Below, piece by piece: positions 60,330-64,000 of a DNA stretch of 64,000 nt. The notes under the pieces are model-generated. The model saw nothing but the letters and a program-made list of their open reading frames with translations. It was not told where the DNA came from and made no database searches. The stretch is from contig JALSSV010000020.1 in the NCBI GenBank assembly GCA_026984045.1, positions 7,076 through 71,075 on the forward strand. Direction: 5' to 3'. How positions within the stretch are numbered: position 1 is the first letter of the stretch; every line of letters begins with the position of its first letter. This DNA comes from Chromatiales bacterium (GTDB taxonomy: Bacteria > Pseudomonadota > Gammaproteobacteria > UBA6429 > Thiohalophilaceae). The translations under genes were made by a program, and so were the position numbers.

Positions 60330-60525
60330 TTCCGAATCCGCGGACACCTTAAGCTGGAGCAACAAGAACCAGACACGCCCTCAAGGGGGGCATATCGTTT
60401 CGTGACACGCTGTGAATACCTCCTTGTAAGCTCTACGGCCGCATCCCTGCGGCCGAAGGTCACGAAACGATCTGCCCCCCTTGAGGGCTTCATGCTTGTC
60501 ACTGATGTGCAGGAGGATTCGGAAC
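60330..60525. repeat. nested hairpin: R1 copy 2 (60377-60488; 30-bp arms, 52-nt core) inside an outer 11-bp inverted repeat
   Basis: GCCCTCAAGGGGGGCATATCGTTTCGTGAC / GTCACGAAACGATCTGCCCCCCTTGAGGGC (1 mismatch). Outer GTTCCGAATCC (60330-60340) / GGATTCGGAAC (60515-60525). Confidence 0.8.
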
Positions 60526-60830
60526 AGCTATTTAGTTGGCCAGTCCAGGAGCAGGCCTCGACCATGAAGGGACGAAGAAAATCGCGTTCACGACGTGCAT
60601 CTCCGCCGTCACTCCATGCTTCCGGCACCCACTGAAAAACGGGTCCGCCAGCCGGAGGGATGCGAGATCTCTGCCTCCTGACCCGATGACAGCGGAACGC
60701 CGGTCCTTTGCACCGACAACGGGAAATCCTCTCTGCCGAGATCGATTCCGGACATCTTCACCCTGCACGTCGATCGGCAACGCCCGTCGCCTGTTGCCTT
60801 CCTATCATGAGCCGGCAGCGAAGTCCTGAC

Positions 60831-61523
60831 TCAATCCGCAAGGATCGACAACTTCGACCAGGCATAAGACCACCCGATCCGTTCCTGTTCCAGACGCACG
60901 CCTGATCCCCATCGACCTTCGCGCAAGGCGCGATAGAGCGCGGCTTCGTCCGCGTCAAGGGACGGAAGCTCACGCGCGCTGGCCGGCTTTGCTTCGTGTC
61001 CCCACAATTCCCGATGGGCAATCAAGGTGGCCTCGTCCATGAGCAGGGAACGAGCATGGGGAACATGGCCGCGCAGGCGATCGAGGATGGCCAGGCCGTG
61101 GGTGTCGATGTCGCCCCAGTAGTGCACGGGGCATTCCGTCAGCCAAGGCACGGCGGCGAAGACCGTGTCCAGCACCTCACCCCGGCTGCCCTCGTTCTCG
61201 ACGATCTGCTCGCGCAACTCGCGGTTGATACGCGCGAAATCGTCCTGCACCCGGCGGGAAACTGCGGACCAGGAATTCCGCGCGCAGCCAGTTCGCCAGA
61301 TAGGCCTCGGCCGTCTGTGGCAGCTCCACCCTTGGGCACGCAGGGCTTCCAGATCCTGGCGCAGGCGCTCCAACAGCACCGAATTCGGCAGCCGCCGCTC
61401 CCGCCCGCCCAGATGCGCGCCCAGGAGCCCCAGTGCCACCGGTGCCCGATCCAGCGCCAGCAAGGCCCAGGGAGACTCCCGGCGCAGGCGACGATAGGCG
61501 AGAACCTGGCGAGGCGCTTTCAT
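60831..61523 (-). pseudogene. Wadjet remnant: JetA (DUF3375) N-terminus joined to JetD (DUF2220) C-terminus, with a frameshift
   Basis: N-terminal part SPWALLALDRAPVALGLLGAHL...LLERLRQDLEALRAQG, then in the +1 frame ELPQTAEAYLANWLRAEFLVRSFPPGAG (JetA-like). C-terminal part VHYWGDIDTHGLAILDRLR....SLLMDEATLIAHRELW....VRLEQERIGW (JetD Toprim-like). Confidence 0.55.
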
Positions 61524-61767
61524 GGGAAATGGATCCCGGAAATTCGTCGAAACACGGTGTAATGTAACTGATTTTGGTCCAAGGTTCATCGCCGGCGGCA
61601 CAAGCCGAGCGCGGGCAAGCAGGCCGAAACCGCTGCTTGAATCCATTCCGCATCTGCGATTTTCGATATCATCGAACAAACCGCCGCATTCGCGTCCCGT
61701 GGAAGCGGCGGAGAAAGGCCGGGGTCGGGAACCTTGACCGGCAGAAGGGTGTCCCCATATACATGGG

Positions 61768-64000
61768 ATGCGCCGACGCGCTTTGTCGCTCGGCGCCTTT
61801 TTCATCGGACGATTCGGACAGCTTGCCCCCTTGACTCAGCCACCTCGGAAAACCGCCACTCCCCTGCCCCGCACTGAACCGGGACTGCATCTGGTGCTGA
61901 TCAGCGTGCATGGGCTGATCCGGAGCCATGATCTGGAACTGGGCCGCAATGCCGACACCGGTGGCCAGACGTTGTACGTGGTGGAACTGGCCCGGGCCTT
62001 GGCCAAACACCCCTCGGTGGCGCAAGTGGATCTGCTGACCCGTCGCATCGACGATCGTGAATTGTCTGCCGACTATGCCCGGCCCGTCGAGTCACTGGGC
62101 GAAGGGGCGCGCATCGTTCGCATCGAGGCCGGCCCGCGCGGTTACATCTCCAAGGAAGCACTCTGGGATCATCTCGACGAGTTTGTCGACAACGCCCTGG
62201 AATTCCTGCGTACCGCGGCCAGGCCTCCCCACCTCATCCACAGCCACTATGCCGATGGCGGCTATGTGGGCATCCGCCTCGCCGGTCTGCTGGGCGTGCC
62301 GCTGGTGCATACCGGCCATTCGCTGGGGCGGGTCAAACGCCGCCGTCTCCTGGCCCAGGGGCTGTCGGCGGAGGAGATCGAAACGCGCTACAACCTGACC
62401 CGCCGTATCGAGGCAGAGGAAGACACGCTGGCCGTCGCCGAGCGGGTGATCACCAGTACCCACCAGGAAATCGAAGAACAATATGAACTCTACGATCATT
62501 ACCAGCCGGAACGCATGTACGTCATTCCGCCTGGCACCAACCTGGAGCGCTTCCGGCCACCGCAGGGCGACGAGAACGAGACGCCTTTCGCCCAAGAACT
62601 GAGGCGCTTCCTTCGGGAGCCCGACAAGCCCATGATCTTGGCCTTGTCACGGCCGGATCCGCGCAAGAACATCAACACCCTGGTGACCGCCTACGGCGAA
62701 TCGGAACGGCTCCGGAAGATGGCCAACCTGGTGGTGGTGGCCGGGAACCGTGACGACATCGAGGATCTCGAGGAAGGGGCCCAGGAAGTGCTGAAGGAAC
62801 TGCTGCTCAGCATGGACCGTTACGATCTCTATGGCCAGCTTGCCCTGCCCAAGCATCATGATTGGGACGACGTGCCATTGTTGTACCGCCTGGCGGCAGC
62901 CTCGGGAGGGGTTTTCGTCAACCCTGCCCTGACCGAGCCCTTCGGCCTGACCCTCATCGAAGCCGCCGCCAGCGGCCTGCCGGTGCTGGCCACCGAGGAC
63001 GGTGGCCCCATCGACATTCTCGCCAACTGCCAAAACGGCCGGCTCATCGACCCCCTGGACAGCGACGCCATGGCCACGGCCCTGTTCGAGATGCTTTCCG
63101 ATCCGGAAGCCTGGGCGCGCATGGCGGCCAATGGTCTCGCCGGCGTACGACGGCACTACGCCTGGCAGGCCCATGCGCAACGCTACGTGGAGATGGTGAT
63201 GCCCCTGATTCAGCGTACCGAGATCCCGATCTCGCGCCCCACCCTGCGCCGTACTCGCGCCTATCACGATCGCGCCCTGTTCAGCGATCTGGATCAGAAC
63301 CTGCTTGGCGACAGCCAGGCCTTGAAGCGCCTTGTCGAGATGCTGCGCGAGCATCGCAAATGCGCGGCTTTCGGAATTGCCACCGGCCGACGACTCGATT
63401 CGGCACTCAAGCTGATGAAGAAAGTGGGCATACCCCAGCCGGATGTGCTGATCACCAGCGGTGGTACCGAGATCTACTATTCGCCGAAACTGACCGCCGA
63501 TACCGCCTGGCCTCGGCATATCGATTATCAGTGGACGCCACACGTCGTGCGCCGGGTGCTGGATGCCCTGCCCGGCTTGCGCCTCCAGCCGCGCATCGAA
63601 CAGAGCCGCTTCAAGATCAGCTACTATATCGATCCAGCCACGGCTCCGTGCATTGAGGAGATCAACAGCCTGCTGCATCAGGCCGGAGTCGCGGCCAATG
63701 TGCTCGTCTCCTTCGGCCAGTTTCTCGATGTCTTGCCGGTTCGCGCGTCCAAGGGTTTCGCCCTGCGCCACGTGGCCGAACGCTGGGACATTCCCCTGGA
63801 GCGGGTACTGGTGGCAGGCGGCTCCGGTGCGGATGAAGACATGATGCGCGGCAACACCCTGGCCGTGGTGGTGGCAAACCGTCATCACGAGGAATTGTCG
63901 CAACTGGCGGACATCGAACAGATCTATTTCGCCCAACAGGCCCATGCGGCGGGCATCCTGGAGGCGCTCGCTCACTACGATTTCTTCGAAGGCTGTACCT
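61768..64000 (+). CDS. sps: sucrose-phosphate synthase (GT4) fused to an SPP-like HAD domain; 3' end runs off the window
   Basis: Open-ended ORF absent from the track. My translation: LVLISVHGLIRSHDLELGRNADTGGQTLYVVELARAL...HSHYADGG...EPFGLTLIEAAASGLPV..., then FSDLDQNLLGD...ATGRRL...VLPVRASKG. Start uncertain (ATG 61768, TTG 61831 or GTG 61894). Confidence 0.9.
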   Translation, partial: MRRRALSLGAFFIGRFGQLAPLTQPPRKTATPLPRTEPGLHLVLISVHGLIRSHDLELGRNADTGGQTLYVVELARALAKHPSVAQVDLLTRRIDDRELSADYARPVESLGEGARIVRIEAGPRGYISKEALWDHLDEFVDNALEFLRTAARPPHLIHSHYADGGYVGIRLAGLLGVPLVHTGHSLGRVKRRRLLAQGLSAEEIETRYNLTRRIEAEEDTLAVAERVITSTHQEIEEQYELYDHYQPERMYVIPPGTNLERFRPPQGDENETPFAQELRRFLREPDKPMILALSRPDPRKNINTLVTAYGESERLRKMANLVVVAGNRDDIEDLEEGAQEVLKELLLSMDRYDLYGQLALPKHHDWDDVPLLYRLAAASGGVFVNPALTEPFGLTLIEAAASGLPVLATEDGGPIDILANCQNGRLIDPLDSDAMATALFEMLSDPEAWARMAANGLAGVRRHYAWQAHAQRYVEMVMPLIQRTEIPISRPTLRRTRAYHDRALFSDLDQNLLGDSQALKRLVEMLREHRKCAAFGIATGRRLDSALKLMKKVGIPQPDVLITSGGTEIYYSPKLTADTAWPRHIDYQWTPHVVRRVLDALPGLRLQPRIEQSRFKISYYIDPATAPCIEEINSLLHQAGVAANVLVSFGQFLDVLPVRASKGFALRHVAERWDIPLERVLVAGGSGADEDMMRGNTLAVVVANRHHEELSQLADIEQIYFAQQAHAAGILEALAHYDFFEGCT

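Noticed and set aside
60327-60635. 102-aa ORF. Also 6983-7198 (71 aa) and 28305-28511 (68 aa), which share peptide strings such as AASLRPKVT and RFVT(R/H).
   Set aside because: The shared peptides are translations of the R1/REP repeat DNA in different contexts. There is no RBS or start context and no coding periodicity outside the repeat.
60526-60830. 300-bp ORF-poor stretch downstream of the Wadjet remnant, considered as a further pseudogene fragment (track ORFs 60536-60829 plus strand, 60532-60780 minus strand).
   Set aside because: Neither translation shows any motif I recognise and composition is non-periodic. Left unannotated rather than called.

Overview
High-GC (~65%) proteobacterial chromosomal segment with gamma/beta-proteobacterial synteny (trpH-yciB-yciI, smc-zipA-ligA, dksA...gluQ). 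I support about 50 protein-coding genes and found no rRNA, tRNA, CRISPR array, transposase or integrase. The main accessory feature is a complete type VI secretion system (T6SS) cluster at 29.45-49.85 kb. It has 15 genes, all on the minus strand, in the order tagH'-tssJKLM-tagF-tssABC-hcp-tssEFG-clpV-vgrG. A REP-type repeat cluster (28.13-28.64 kb) flanks one side and a 466-bp AT-richer control region flanks the other. The cluster lacks ppkA/pppA, PAAR, adaptors and any recognisable effector-immunity pair, and the gene in the fha/tagH position lacks the FHA domain. Other modules are an SSF transporter plus the DUF294 nucleotidyltransferase-exonuclease-acs group, an AddAB-like helicase-nuclease pair, and a fused sucrose-phosphate synthase running off the window end. 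Points worth a second look: (1) a hairpin repeat family with a conserved GTAG core and copy-specific, perfectly complementary outer arms, in three copies, one of them inside the smc-zipA operon; (2) DksA carrying a ~100-aa histone-H1-like Lys/Ala tail; (3) a deletion remnant of a Wadjet (JetA'-'JetD) defence locus; (4) an orphan lipoprotein gene downstream of vgrG. I did not find an unambiguous new multi-gene system. All family assignments rest on motif recognition by eye and need HMM or BLAST confirmation.
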